From the IMG/VR virus record IMGVR_UViG_2918843722_000002, positions 4,720-68,719 of that record: 64,000 bases of DNA, one strand, 5' to 3'. The DNA is from a virus. Taxonomy: Duplodnaviria > Caudoviricetes. The position numbers and the translations under genes are program-made. Below the pieces are notes generated by a model. The model had not been told where the DNA came from, made no database searches, and worked only from the letters and a program-made list of their open reading frames with translations. Shown in pieces: positions 36,239 through 45,698 of the stretch. Within the stretch, counting starts at the first letter, position 1. The number at the start of each line of letters is the position of its first letter.

Positions 36239-37261
36239 ATGGCTAACGTTATTCCAGCAGTCATCCGGGTGAATCCGAGCTATTTCATGCCGGAAAAGAT
36301 CCTGCAGTACCAGCAGGCATCCGGCGCATTTGACACGCTCGCAACCGGTGATCCGCTTGTGCGTCTTGGCGAGGGTGATCTGGCTGTGTATATCGGTCGT
36401 CTCGATGTGCGCACCCAGGTTCAGACCGGCCAGTTCGCCGCGAACCAGTTGCCGAGCTGCGGCATCGAGTACGAAGAAATCAGCACGCCGACTTACCTTC
36501 TGCGTACGCGCGCTGAGTACGATCACCACGATACGGCTGCTTTCGGTCGCACCGGCTCGTCGATCGTTGAGGCGCAACGTCTGGCGATGCGCCAGGGCAT
36601 CTTCCAGCAGATGCGCAACCTACTGCTCTACGGCGCAAACCCGCTGAACGGCGAAGGTCTGCTCAATACCAACGGCGCTACCTCTGTCAACCTGCCGGCA
36701 GACCCGAACGGCAACACGACGATCCAGACGTACGACAACGGCGCACTCGCCTTTTTCCTGCTGCAGCAGATCGGCGCCATCAAGGTCCGCATGATGCAGA
36801 TCGGCATGGGTGCCCGCGTGACCGTGCTGACGACTCAGCGCGTTCTTGAGGCTCTCAGCTATCAGGGCATTGTGCAACTGACGCAGTTCCAGCGCGAAGG
36901 TGCCGGTTCGAAGTCGGTCCGCGGCCTCGTCGACGACGTGCTGGCATGGAACGACGATGAAGTCGTGTGGGCGTGCGACGACACGCTGCTCGGCAAGGGT
37001 GCTGGCGGCACGGACCCGATCATCATCACCATCCCGGAGATCAAGAAGCCGGAAGGCGGCAAGATCAACACGAACGAGTTTGCCCGCCTCACCCCGGGCC
37101 TTGACGCAACCACGCTGCAGCTCATCGACATGGTCGCCCCGCGCGAAATCACGTCGCCGCTCGCCGGCGGTGCTGTTGATGTCGTGTCGGAGTTGCGTTC
37201 GACGTCGGGCTGGGCTGTTCGTCCGGAAGCCCTCTGCGTCATCTCCGCGCAGTACCAGTAA
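36239..37261 (+). CDS. Major capsid protein
   Basis: 340 aa; YG...G.GLLN pattern typical of HK97-fold capsids; synteny. Confidence 0.8.
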   Translation: MANVIPAVIRVNPSYFMPEKILQYQQASGAFDTLATGDPLVRLGEGDLAVYIGRLDVRTQVQTGQFAANQLPSCGIEYEEISTPTYLLRTRAEYDHHDTAAFGRTGSSIVEAQRLAMRQGIFQQMRNLLLYGANPLNGEGLLNTNGATSVNLPADPNGNTTIQTYDNGALAFFLLQQIGAIKVRMMQIGMGARVTVLTTQRVLEALSYQGIVQLTQFQREGAGSKSVRGLVDDVLAWNDDEVVWACDDTLLGKGAGGTDPIIITIPEIKKPEGGKINTNEFARLTPGLDATTLQLIDMVAPREITSPLAGGAVDVVSELRSTSGWAVRPEALCVISAQYQ

Positions 37262-37270
37262 GACCGCTTA

Positions 37271-37327
37271 GCCCGCGCCTAGGATGGCGCATCCGAAAAT
37301 CCGTTCCCTGTACGGATCGGCGCGGGC
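37271..37327 (+). ncRNA. C4-like cis-acting RNA element 1
   Basis: GCCCGCGCC/GGCGCGGGC closing stem, TAGG-hairpin-CC-GAAA, ATCCGT/ACGGAT hairpin. Confidence 0.55.
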
Positions 37328-37358
37328 ACCTTAACAGGGGATCTATACAGGAAAGATC

Positions 37359-37859
37359 ATGCCACTCTACATCTCGAATACCAGCAAGAACCACCAGGAA
37401 ATCAACTTCCGCATCCCCGGTAACAACCGCCACTTCACGGCGAAAATTGCTCCGGGACGTCAGGAGTTGATCTACAAGGAAGGAACCCGCGACGATCATG
37501 TCTCCATCGTTGAGCAGTTGAAGCCGTATGGCTTGCGCTCCGTGGACGAGATTGATCGCTCCAAGGAGTTCGTCGGGCTCTGCTATCAGTTCGATAAGCC
37601 CATCCCTGCTGAAAAGCTGCTTCCGGTCTTCAGTCACAACGACGCTGTGATCATGAAAGAGGCGCAGGAGCGCCGTCAGGAGGCAGCCATTGCGATGGAT
37701 GATGCCTTGAGCCGAAATGCTCAGGAGACTGGCGCAAAGTTCAACGGCCTCGAGGTCGGGATCGAAGAACAGGAACAGAAAGGCGTTGACACAAAAATCA
37801 ACGAGGCGATCGAGGTCGAGAATCCGGCCCGCGGTCGCGGTCGTCGGCGCCGCCCCTAA
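37359..37859 (+). CDS. Head-associated hypothetical protein
   Basis: 166 aa after the major capsid gene, RBS AGGAAAG. Confidence 0.75.
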   Translation: MPLYISNTSKNHQEINFRIPGNNRHFTAKIAPGRQELIYKEGTRDDHVSIVEQLKPYGLRSVDEIDRSKEFVGLCYQFDKPIPAEKLLPVFSHNDAVIMKEAQERRQEAAIAMDDALSRNAQETGAKFNGLEVGIEEQEQKGVDTKINEAIEVENPARGRGRRRRP

Positions 37860-37868
37860 AGAGGAAAT

Positions 37869-38372
37869 ATGTGCACGCCCTGCTTTCCGCCGCCGCCTGG
37901 TATGGGCGTGCTCGCCCCGTGGCAAACACAGGCGGCTCCTAATGCCGCAGACCTGTACACATTCTTGACGACCGTCGCCGGCATCCCGGCTACTGATCTG
38001 CCGTCAAATAGCCCGTATGTCACGTGGGCGCTCAGCTACGCTGAAGAGAAAACGCTGATGGTGTTGTATGCCATCGGTCAGGACTATTACTGCTTCGCCG
38101 TCTACTGTCTCGCCACATCGTTCCTGCTGAACTGGTGCCCCGATCAGTCAGGTCAGACGTTCTTCGCCCAGACCCGTGCAGACATGAAGTTGACCAGCTT
38201 TACGCCGGGCGTGGTGAACTCGGCGGCAGATCAAGGCACGTCCGATTCCCTCCTTTCTCCGGACTTCCTGAAGGGATTGACGCTGGGGCAGTTGCAGGCC
38301 TTGCGCGATCCTTACGGAAGGCAATGGCTATCCATGCAGCAGGACGTCGGAAATGTGTGGGGCTTGTCTTGA
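37869..38372 (+). CDS. Head-tail adaptor (DUF4054-like)
   Basis: GVVNSAADQGTS...L..PYGRQWL motif; synteny. Confidence 0.7.
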   Translation: MCTPCFPPPPGMGVLAPWQTQAAPNAADLYTFLTTVAGIPATDLPSNSPYVTWALSYAEEKTLMVLYAIGQDYYCFAVYCLATSFLLNWCPDQSGQTFFAQTRADMKLTSFTPGVVNSAADQGTSDSLLSPDFLKGLTLGQLQALRDPYGRQWLSMQQDVGNVWGLS

Positions 38373-38380
38373 GGTGAATC

Positions 38381-38932
38381 ATGGCGGCAAAAGACTTCGG
38401 CGTGCCGATGGCGGAAGGCGGCGGAAGCTATTCCCCCGTCCACGTCGGCACCACGACTGCGCCGCCGGGCCGCATCACATTGCATCTCGGCGTGATCGAT
38501 GTTCCGTATGTAGATGGCGGATCGAAGGGAAAGAAAGGCAAGAAAAGCGCGGCCACGAAGACAACTGGCGAGGTCGCCGAAATCCTCGAAGAAAAATACG
38601 GTGTGCTCGATACGTTCGCTTTCGCGCGTCTCCCCGACATCGCCAAGGCGCTTGAGGAATCTATCGCCGGACAACTCGAAAACATGTTGATGGGCGGTCG
38701 TCCTTCAGGCAATCCGTTCGCTAGCGCCGAATCGTCCATCACGACGATGATGAAGAACTTCATCTCGTCTCAGCAGATTGAGCACATGGGCATTGAAGGC
38801 GTCCCGACTCAGGCTGCTTTGAACGGCGTCAATCATCGCCTGAAGCATCCATATGCGAAGGGAAACCCTCGCCGTCCATCGTTCATTGACACATCGCTTT
38901 ACTGGTCTACGCTAACCGCATGGGTTGATTAA
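38381..38932 (+). CDS. Neck/tail completion protein
   Basis: P.RPSFIDT..Y C-terminal motif; synteny. Confidence 0.65.
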   Translation: MAAKDFGVPMAEGGGSYSPVHVGTTTAPPGRITLHLGVIDVPYVDGGSKGKKGKKSAATKTTGEVAEILEEKYGVLDTFAFARLPDIAKALEESIAGQLENMLMGGRPSGNPFASAESSITTMMKNFISSQQIEHMGIEGVPTQAALNGVNHRLKHPYAKGNPRRPSFIDTSLYWSTLTAWVD

Positions 38933-39879
38933 TGCCATCTATCGCTGAATCGCTAGGCACGCAAAGCCAACTGGCAAGCACGCTTGCGGCCGGCGTTGAT
39001 CAGATCTCGCAAAGCCAGGAAATCACTTTCACGAGGTATAGTCAGTCGGTCTTAGCTGCTGACGGGTATGTATTTTGGGTGAATACCGGGCAAACGCAAA
39101 CGGTCAAAGGCTCGTTACACCAGGTAACCGATCAACAGCAGAACGAAGACGAGACGATCGACGTCAACCGCATCGTTTTTACGGCTCTGAGCCAGATCGA
39201 TGTTTTTAACGCCGCGTCTCCTACCGATCTTTTTATCGGCGTGATCGACGGCGTCCGGTTCTCGTTCAATGCTCGAGGCGCGCTCTACCGGCAAGCCAAC
39301 CTGTATCACTACGTTGGGAATGCGGTCTATCCGGCACTTGCCTCGCAACTGATCGACAGTGAAGCCGATCTTCCAACCGGGCCGATAGTCTCTAACAGTC
39401 TGCCTATATGGCTGGCACAAAGCACGCCGCAGTTGCCTGTTTATCCGTCGTATCTGGTCCCCGCTAACGTCGTGCCGCCCTATATCGTGGCCCACGTCGA
39501 ACCGGATGCAACAGAGGCACCATCCTTCCCGATCTATGTCTGGCCGGGAACTGTCGTGCCAAATTCTGGTGCTTCGCCGTTGCATAACTTGCCTAGCTCG
39601 CAGCTCGCCAAAGACAAGGTCCGGTTGACCATGTACGGCCTGACCAACCAGCAGGCCACACAGTTCTACGCGAGCCTGATCGACTATTCGCTGAACACGG
39701 ACAACTTCGGATTTGGCAATTCTCCGGCGATCAAAGACGCCAAGCGCACGCAATCTGAACTCAATGTGATTGCCATGAAAAAGACGCTTGACATCGAGGC
39801 TTGGTATTTCCAGACGACCTCAGACGCGATTGCCCGACGATTAATTCTCTCCGCTGGTTTTTCTTCCATCAACACCTGA
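38932..39879 (+). CDS. Head closure/tail terminator-type structural protein
   Basis: TAATG coupling; DGYVFWV motif; synteny. Confidence 0.6.
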   Translation: MPSIAESLGTQSQLASTLAAGVDQISQSQEITFTRYSQSVLAADGYVFWVNTGQTQTVKGSLHQVTDQQQNEDETIDVNRIVFTALSQIDVFNAASPTDLFIGVIDGVRFSFNARGALYRQANLYHYVGNAVYPALASQLIDSEADLPTGPIVSNSLPIWLAQSTPQLPVYPSYLVPANVVPPYIVAHVEPDATEAPSFPIYVWPGTVVPNSGASPLHNLPSSQLAKDKVRLTMYGLTNQQATQFYASLIDYSLNTDNFGFGNSPAIKDAKRTQSELNVIAMKKTLDIEAWYFQTTSDAIARRLILSAGFSSINT

Positions 39880-39902
39880 CAGACGTTAGGTGATCCACAC
39901 AG

Positions 39903-39930
39903 ACCCCGCCTCGGCGGGGTTTTTCTTTTT
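39903..39930 (+). terminator. Rho-independent terminator
   Basis: ACCCCGCC-TC-GGCGGGGT plus T-run. Confidence 0.8.
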
Positions 39931-39942
39931 CAGGAGCGTGAC

Positions 39943-40308
39943 ATGCCCCAAGCACCTTTGAATGCAGCAACCGCCGTCAATCCGTCCGGCAAATTTGTGA
40001 TGAACCAGGTCGATGCTCAAGGCAATGAGTTCATCGCCTCGGGCAAGACTGGCGTCTACAACATCACCGCAGCTACTGCTGTTAAAGCCAGCGCTGGCCG
40101 TCTTGTGCGGATCGTCGTCACCAGCACGATCACCGGGAGTCTGACTGCGAACGACGCCGCTACAACCGGCGCAGCCGCAGCAGCAAACCTCATCTTCTCG
40201 GCAGCGACTCCGGCGGCCGGCACCGTCTACACCCTTGACTGGCCTTGCGCGAACGGCATCGTCGTGACTCCCGGAACGGCTGGCTCCGTCGCAGTTTCGT
40301 ACATCTAA
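39943..40308 (+). CDS. Small beta-sandwich virion protein
   Basis: AGGAG RBS; A/T/G-rich, GIVVTPG..V.VSY. Confidence 0.7.
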   Translation: MPQAPLNAATAVNPSGKFVMNQVDAQGNEFIASGKTGVYNITAATAVKASAGRLVRIVVTSTITGSLTANDAATTGAAAAANLIFSAATPAAGTVYTLDWPCANGIVVTPGTAGSVAVSYI

Positions 40309-40326
40309 TAGCTGGAGACCGCCCAC

Positions 40327-41652
40327 ATGGCGACCACAATCACACCGACGATCGTAACGGTCAATACGACCGTCACGCGCGCGCCGACCGTCTCGCAGCT
40401 TCAGCAAAGCGGCGCGATTGTGTCTGCGGGCGGTACGACGCTTACTGCTGGTACCTACCAGTATTGCGGAACGCTCTCCGCAGTTCAGGCGCTTCTAGCG
40501 ACGCCTTTGGCTTTGACTGGCATGGTCTGGTCGACCGGCACTGTCACGGCAACTACTGCCGCGGCCATCGGGCTTTCGACGGGGCAGACGTTCACCACGA
40601 CCATTGCTGGCGCGACGCCGGCTGGCTATAACGGCACGTACGTCGCAACGGTTACGGGCGCCAACACCTTCACGTTCGCGCTTGCGACGAACCCCGGCAC
40701 CGAAACTGTCCCAGGCACGTACCTGCCGTCGAACGCTGGCTTTATCAGCAATTCGGCAACTACGTTCTTCGCACAGGGTAATTCTGTCGGCGTCTACGTG
40801 CTCGAGTTGGGCGCACAGACCACGGCGGCCTCGGCAATCACTGCCTTGCAAACGTGGATCACTGCGAACAGTAATCCGCAAGTGTTCTATGCCTATCTGT
40901 TGCCGACGTCGTGGGATACGGCCTCGTCTGCCGCATTGAACACGATGACGGCGAACTACGACAGCCCGAGCGGCCAGACGTACTTCTTCGTTACGACCAC
41001 CGTCGCGAACCTCCCGAACTATGCCAATAACAAGGCTGTTTATGCGCAGGTTCCCAGCCCGACGAAGGCGTCAACCGAACATCAGTTGGCGGTTGACTTT
41101 TATAACTGGCTCGTGAACAAGCCGGGATCGTCGAACCCGTTGGCGCCGATGTCGTATCGCTATGCATATGGCGTCACGCCCTGGTCGCAAAACGGCAACC
41201 AGACCAATATCAACACGGTTCTGACCAACTACGGCAACCTGATTTTGACTGGTGCCGAGGGCGGCATTTCCACCGCGTGCGTTTTCAAGGGCACGACGAT
41301 GGATGGCGAACAGGCCGCCTGGTGGTATGGCATCGACTGGTTCCGCATTCAGGTCAAGCAGGCGCTCGCCGCGGCAATCATCAACGGCTCGAACAGCAAT
41401 CCGCCGCTGCTCTATGACCAGAACGGAATCAACACGCTGCTCGCCGTTGCGCAAAACGTGGCTAACTCCGCGGTCAAGTTCGGTTGCGCGTTGAGCGCAG
41501 TCGTCACTGCCGTGCCGTTTTCGACGTATACGACGGAAAACCCGAACGACTACAACGCAGGCATCTACAACGGCTTCGCGGCGACAGTGGTTGGTCAGAA
41601 TGCGTTTTTGACCCTGACTTTCAATCTTGACGCTACGCAGTTCGTTGCTTAA
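40327..41652 (+). CDS. Tail sheath protein
   Basis: 441 aa; WYGIDWF...L...IING.N....L.YDQ.GI sheath C-terminal pattern. Confidence 0.8.
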   Translation: MATTITPTIVTVNTTVTRAPTVSQLQQSGAIVSAGGTTLTAGTYQYCGTLSAVQALLATPLALTGMVWSTGTVTATTAAAIGLSTGQTFTTTIAGATPAGYNGTYVATVTGANTFTFALATNPGTETVPGTYLPSNAGFISNSATTFFAQGNSVGVYVLELGAQTTAASAITALQTWITANSNPQVFYAYLLPTSWDTASSAALNTMTANYDSPSGQTYFFVTTTVANLPNYANNKAVYAQVPSPTKASTEHQLAVDFYNWLVNKPGSSNPLAPMSYRYAYGVTPWSQNGNQTNINTVLTNYGNLILTGAEGGISTACVFKGTTMDGEQAAWWYGIDWFRIQVKQALAAAIINGSNSNPPLLYDQNGINTLLAVAQNVANSAVKFGCALSAVVTAVPFSTYTTENPNDYNAGIYNGFAATVVGQNAFLTLTFNLDATQFVA

Positions 41653-41661
41653 GGACGCACC

Positions 41662-42105
41662 ATGGCAAATCCCTATCTCAATGCGGGTCCGCTAAACCGC
41701 GTCCGATGCTCCGTCGTAGTGGCGGCCTTCCCCACGCTGAACATCACGGCCCAGTATATGGGCAAGAGTTTTGCGAGAATCGAACTGGAGGGAGACTTCG
41801 TCCAACAGATCGAAACAGCAACCGGCGTCGTGAATTCTCCGGAGCCGTATGTCATGGCCTCAATCACCATTGGGCTGCTTCGCTCACAAGCCCTTGCCGC
41901 GAATTGGCTTGCCCAGGCCCAAGACACTGGCATACTTGGTGATGTGACCATTCACAGCGACACTTCGGCCTTCCCGGCCATCACATTGTCAGACACGGCG
42001 ATTCGGAGCTTGGACCCGGGCGCTTACGATGGAACTGATCCTGTCGTCAGACTTGTGCTGCGCGGGACGACGAATATCAATTCGTCAATGTGGTCGTTCA
42101 CCTGA
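41662..42105 (+). CDS. Tail tube protein
   Basis: 147 aa after the sheath; V.SPEPY motif. Confidence 0.75.
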   Translation: MANPYLNAGPLNRVRCSVVVAAFPTLNITAQYMGKSFARIELEGDFVQQIETATGVVNSPEPYVMASITIGLLRSQALAANWLAQAQDTGILGDVTIHSDTSAFPAITLSDTAIRSLDPGAYDGTDPVVRLVLRGTTNINSSMWSFT

Positions 42106-42119
42106 CATATAATGTCAGA

Positions 42120-42172
42120 GCGCGGATAGGGTAGCTCCCGACACGGTTGGTTTGACCGCCAATCTTCCGCGC
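42120..42172 (+). ncRNA. C4-like cis-acting RNA element 2
   Basis: GCGCGGA/TCCGCGC closing stem, TAGGG-TAGCT-CCC-GACA, GGTTGG/CCAATC hairpin. Confidence 0.55.
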
Positions 42173-42204
42173 CTTCCAATGGTCTCCTCTAGTCAAGGAA
42201 CAGC

Positions 42205-43170
42205 ATGAATTTCGATTGCGGAATTTATAGCATCGTCGGGCCCGGCGGGAAAATGTACATTGGGCAAACTCAAAGCTTCAAGACCAGGTGGCTGACACAT
42301 CGAACTAGGCTTCGCAGCGGATTGCATCATTGCAAACCTCTGCAGAACGCATGGAACAAATATGGCGAGAGTTCATTCATTTTCGCCAAGATCGCCATTG
42401 TTCCGAAAGATGAGCTTACTCTCAGAGAGCAAGAGCAGATTGATTCCTACATAAATGCGGGCGAGCGGCGAAAGTTATACAACACATCTCTGTATGTAGC
42501 GAAGCCCATGCGCGGCATTAAAGGCATCGACCATCCTGCATCACTCCCGGTTTTGTGCATCACAACCCAAAAGGTGTTTATAAACGGATTGGCTGCTGCT
42601 CAATGGCTACGGGAAAATGGGCATCCGAAAGCGGATAATTCGACCATTAGTGCGGCCTGTTCCGGACGTCGCCTGAGAACGGCATACGGATTCCGGTGGG
42701 GGCGCCCCGGAGACGAGGATAAGCCGCAAGCAATAACTATCAAAAATGTGCGCCGCGGTGCCACCCATTATGCTGCACGATCTGTTGTATGCATTCAAAC
42801 CGGAATGCAGTTCGGTACGGTTAGCGAAGCCGCCCAGTGGCTAAGAAATCATGGATTCCCAACGGCGTCGCACAGACATATCTCGGCGCTGTGCAATGGC
42901 CGCCGCGGACAGACTGCGTATGGTTATCAATGGAAGTACGCAGGCGATCCCGACCCGGGCCCAGTAAAAGGGAGGCCGCGAGGAGCGGATAATCACAAGT
43001 CGCGGTCCATTCTTTGCATCGAGGAAGGAATCCGATTTGATCTCATGAGTGATGCCGCAGAATGGCTCAAAAATAAAGGCTTCGCCAAGGCCGCGCTTTC
43101 TTCGCTAAGCCTAGCCTGCTCGGGAAAACTGAAATCCGCCTACGGTTTCCACTGGAAGTACGCAGACTAA
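42205..43170 (+). CDS. GIY-YIG homing endonuclease with three NUMOD1-like repeats
   Basis: GIYSI...MYIGQT...RW..H; three V.CI.TG..F....AA.WL...IS..C.G....AYG..W repeats. Confidence 0.92.
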   Translation: MNFDCGIYSIVGPGGKMYIGQTQSFKTRWLTHRTRLRSGLHHCKPLQNAWNKYGESSFIFAKIAIVPKDELTLREQEQIDSYINAGERRKLYNTSLYVAKPMRGIKGIDHPASLPVLCITTQKVFINGLAAAQWLRENGHPKADNSTISAACSGRRLRTAYGFRWGRPGDEDKPQAITIKNVRRGATHYAARSVVCIQTGMQFGTVSEAAQWLRNHGFPTASHRHISALCNGRRGQTAYGYQWKYAGDPDPGPVKGRPRGADNHKSRSILCIEEGIRFDLMSDAAEWLKNKGFAKAALSSLSLACSGKLKSAYGFHWKYAD

Positions 43171-43190
43171 ACGAATCATCAAACATCACT

Positions 43191-43216
43191 AAGCCGCCCA
43201 TTGAGGCGGCTTTTTG
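43191..43216 (+). terminator. Rho-independent terminator
   Basis: AAGCCGCC/GGCGGCTT plus T-run. Confidence 0.75.
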
Positions 43217-43220
43217 CTTT

Positions 43221-43272
43221 GCCACGGCTAGGGACGCGACCTGAACGCCGGCACCTTACTGGTTGCCGTGGC
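43221..43272 (+). ncRNA. C4-like cis-acting RNA element 3
   Basis: GCCACGGC/GCCGTGGC closing stem, TAGGG-ACGCGA-CCT-GAAC, GCCGG/CTGGT hairpin. Confidence 0.55.
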
Positions 43273-43302
43273 ACCTCATAAGGCTCAGTTAAAGGGATTG
43301 AG

Positions 43303-43965
43303 ATGAAGATCGACGAACGGCGGAATCTGGTTCTGCCCGTCGTGACAGATAAGGTCACGAAGAAAGTCATAAAGCAGATCGACGGAAAAGACGTGCCGGC
43401 TGAAATCACCGAAGATGTGGTGCGGATCTATGCTTTTCACACTCCGGTCTCTCGCGCCATCTTCGAGCAGCACTACCGCGTTCTGGCCGCCACCAAGGCT
43501 TCCCTGTCGAGCAAGGGCGCCCACTACTTGATGGGCGCTGGCCCGCGAATCGCAGCGTTGACTCTGAAAGACGAAGGTCGGAAAGAGGCTGCTAGTTTAG
43601 GCATGGTTGACGAGCTCGGCAATATTCACGATGAGGCGACTGACGCACTCTTCGCCGAGTTCAAACGTCTCACGACCATCCTTTGCCCGGGCCCGAACGG
43701 CTGGGACATGCTACCCGTAGAGACCGCCATCTCGAGCGGAAAGATCGACGCTGAGGATTGGGAGGAAACGGTCGCCGCCGTCACTTTTTTTACCTGTCAC
43801 TATGCGATGGCGAAAAAGGCGGATCGCGAGACGGCGGCGAAGGGAACTGCATCCTTTCTGGGTGCGTCGATCACATCATCCACGCCTATGGAATTCATCG
43901 CCTCTTTGCCGACATTGACGCAGGACGCGCCTACGACAAAGACACCATCGTCGATTCCATCCTGA
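43303..43965 (+). CDS. Tail assembly chaperone
   Basis: Between tube and tape measure; slippery T-TTT-TTT at 43785-43791. Confidence 0.75.
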   Translation: MKIDERRNLVLPVVTDKVTKKVIKQIDGKDVPAEITEDVVRIYAFHTPVSRAIFEQHYRVLAATKASLSSKGAHYLMGAGPRIAALTLKDEGRKEAASLGMVDELGNIHDEATDALFAEFKRLTTILCPGPNGWDMLPVETAISSGKIDAEDWEETVAAVTFFTCHYAMAKKADRETAAKGTASFLGASITSSTPMEFIASLPTLTQDAPTTKTPSSIPS

Positions 43966-44081
43966 ACTACATCGCCACCGAGGGATTCGGCGAGGTGTTT
44001 GAGCGGTACGACAGCCCGTATCGAACAGCGCAGCAGTTCCGTCATCGGTATCTGATCGAGGCGCTTAAGAGGCCAGCATGA
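43791..44081 (+). CDS. -1 frameshift extension of the tail assembly chaperone (GT-like)
   Basis: -1 frame open from the slippery site to TGA at 44081, which overlaps the tape-measure ATG; no good independent start. Confidence 0.65.
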   Translation, partial: YLSLCDGEKGGSRDGGEGNCILSGCVDHIIHAYGIHRLFADIDAGRAYDKDTIVDSILNYIATEGFGEVFERYDSPYRTAQQFRHRYLIEALKRPA

Positions 44082-45697
44082 CGCAAAAAGCAATCGTCGA
44101 TATTGAGCTTAATGACTCGCAGTTTCGCGAGTTTCACGCCCTCTTTACCGACTACCAGAAGAAGCTGGAATCGATGCCCGAGGACTGGGCAAAGGTCACC
44201 GGCTCGATCGACGATGCCGGCGCGGGGATGGCGGACTTCTCCAAGTCGTCGAAGCTCTCGAAAGAATTCCTGATGATTGCAGCCATTCAGGCGAACGCAA
44301 TCACTCAAGGCCTACAAAAGGCAACCGGCGCGCAGGACAAGTTCAACACCAAGACGAAAGACGGCGCCCTCCAGATGGGCCGCATGGCCAAGTTCTCGAA
44401 AGAAGTCCATAAAGACATCTCCAAGATGAGCGGCGTCCTCCTGAAACTGGGGGCTATCGGCGGGTCGCTGCTGTCATTTCCGGCCGCCGTCTTTGCGTCG
44501 ACCAATGCGCTCGCGGGGCAAAACCTTCAGGCCCGTGGGCTTGGCCTGAGAATCGGCCAGACACAGGCGTTTGGCGCGAATTTTGAAAAGTTTGGCCTCG
44601 GCTCGTCAGACCTCGGGAATGTTTCGAATGCCCAAGGCGACGTCAGCAAATGGCGCGCTTTCATGGCTGCCGGCCTGACACCGGATCAGATTCAGAACGA
44701 GGATGCGGAGCAACTCACCTATGACTTCGCCCGGGCGGCCAGCGGAAAATTTCGTGAGTGGCAAAAATCTGGCATGCCGGCCGCATCCATGGCTCAGGCA
44801 TACGGCTTCACCGACCTGCTCTCGCTTCAGCAACTTCGTACCGGCGCCAGTTACAGCGACTCAGACTGGATGAAGGCGCAGCAGAAGGAAATTGCCGATG
44901 CGAAGCGCAACGAGATCGACCAGGGCACCGCAGATCAGGCATCTGACGTAAAGGCCGCGCTGAAGTCGGATTGGGCTCAGGTAATGAATGAGTTCAACGG
45001 ACAGTTAGCTCAGATGGCGCCTGAATTGAAGACAATGGGCGACGCTGCCGCTGCAGCAGCCGTCAACCTTCTGAAGGTCGCCGGTCCGGAGGCGAAAGCG
45101 GTTATTGATGCTCTGCAGGGGCCGCCGGTATCTCGCGACGCTGCCGCGAAGGGCGGCGTTGTGGGAGGACTCGCGACGGCAGGTTATTGGTTGCGCGACA
45201 AGATTCCCGGGCTGCGGAATGCCTTCTCAGGTTCGGGATCGGACTCTTTCGGGACGTTAGGCGCACCGACGATGGCGGGCATCATCGATGCCCAGTACAC
45301 GGTTGAGTCTGCGCGCGGCAAGAAATTGCTGTCGCCCAAAGGTGCAATGGGGCCGATGCAGTTCATGCCCGACACCTGGAAGCAATGGGGCCATGGCGAC
45401 GTCAACAATCTCAAGGATTCCCAGGACGCCGCGCAACGATATGATGCATTCCTCCTGAAACGCTACGGCGGAGATGTGAGGAAAGCGCTCGCTGCCTATA
45501 ACTGGGGGATGGGTAACCTGGACAAGGATGTCGCGAAGAACGGAGAAAACTGGGAATCGCATGCGCCGCGCGAGACTCGCGACTATATCGCCAAAATCAC
45601 GCAACTGATGCTTCGACAAGGCCAGAACGTCAACATCAACATCACCAACTCGACGCCCGCCCGTGTCGCGACATCAATGAACGCAGCGCAGCACTGA
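44078..45697 (+). CDS. Tape measure protein with C-terminal lytic transglycosylase (SLT) domain
   Basis: Helical N-terminus; VES, SPKGAMGPMQFMPDT, ALAAYNWG, ETRDY. Confidence 0.9.
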   Translation: MTQKAIVDIELNDSQFREFHALFTDYQKKLESMPEDWAKVTGSIDDAGAGMADFSKSSKLSKEFLMIAAIQANAITQGLQKATGAQDKFNTKTKDGALQMGRMAKFSKEVHKDISKMSGVLLKLGAIGGSLLSFPAAVFASTNALAGQNLQARGLGLRIGQTQAFGANFEKFGLGSSDLGNVSNAQGDVSKWRAFMAAGLTPDQIQNEDAEQLTYDFARAASGKFREWQKSGMPAASMAQAYGFTDLLSLQQLRTGASYSDSDWMKAQQKEIADAKRNEIDQGTADQASDVKAALKSDWAQVMNEFNGQLAQMAPELKTMGDAAAAAAVNLLKVAGPEAKAVIDALQGPPVSRDAAAKGGVVGGLATAGYWLRDKIPGLRNAFSGSGSDSFGTLGAPTMAGIIDAQYTVESARGKKLLSPKGAMGPMQFMPDTWKQWGHGDVNNLKDSQDAAQRYDAFLLKRYGGDVRKALAAYNWGMGNLDKDVAKNGENWESHAPRETRDYIAKITQLMLRQGQNVNINITNSTPARVATSMNAAQH

Positions 45698-45698
45698 T

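Noticed and set aside
29616-37925. Long antisense ORFs (e.g. 29616-30830, 33476-34402, 35789-36577)
   Set aside because: Shadow frames of well-supported GC-rich plus-strand genes, with no RBS or motifs
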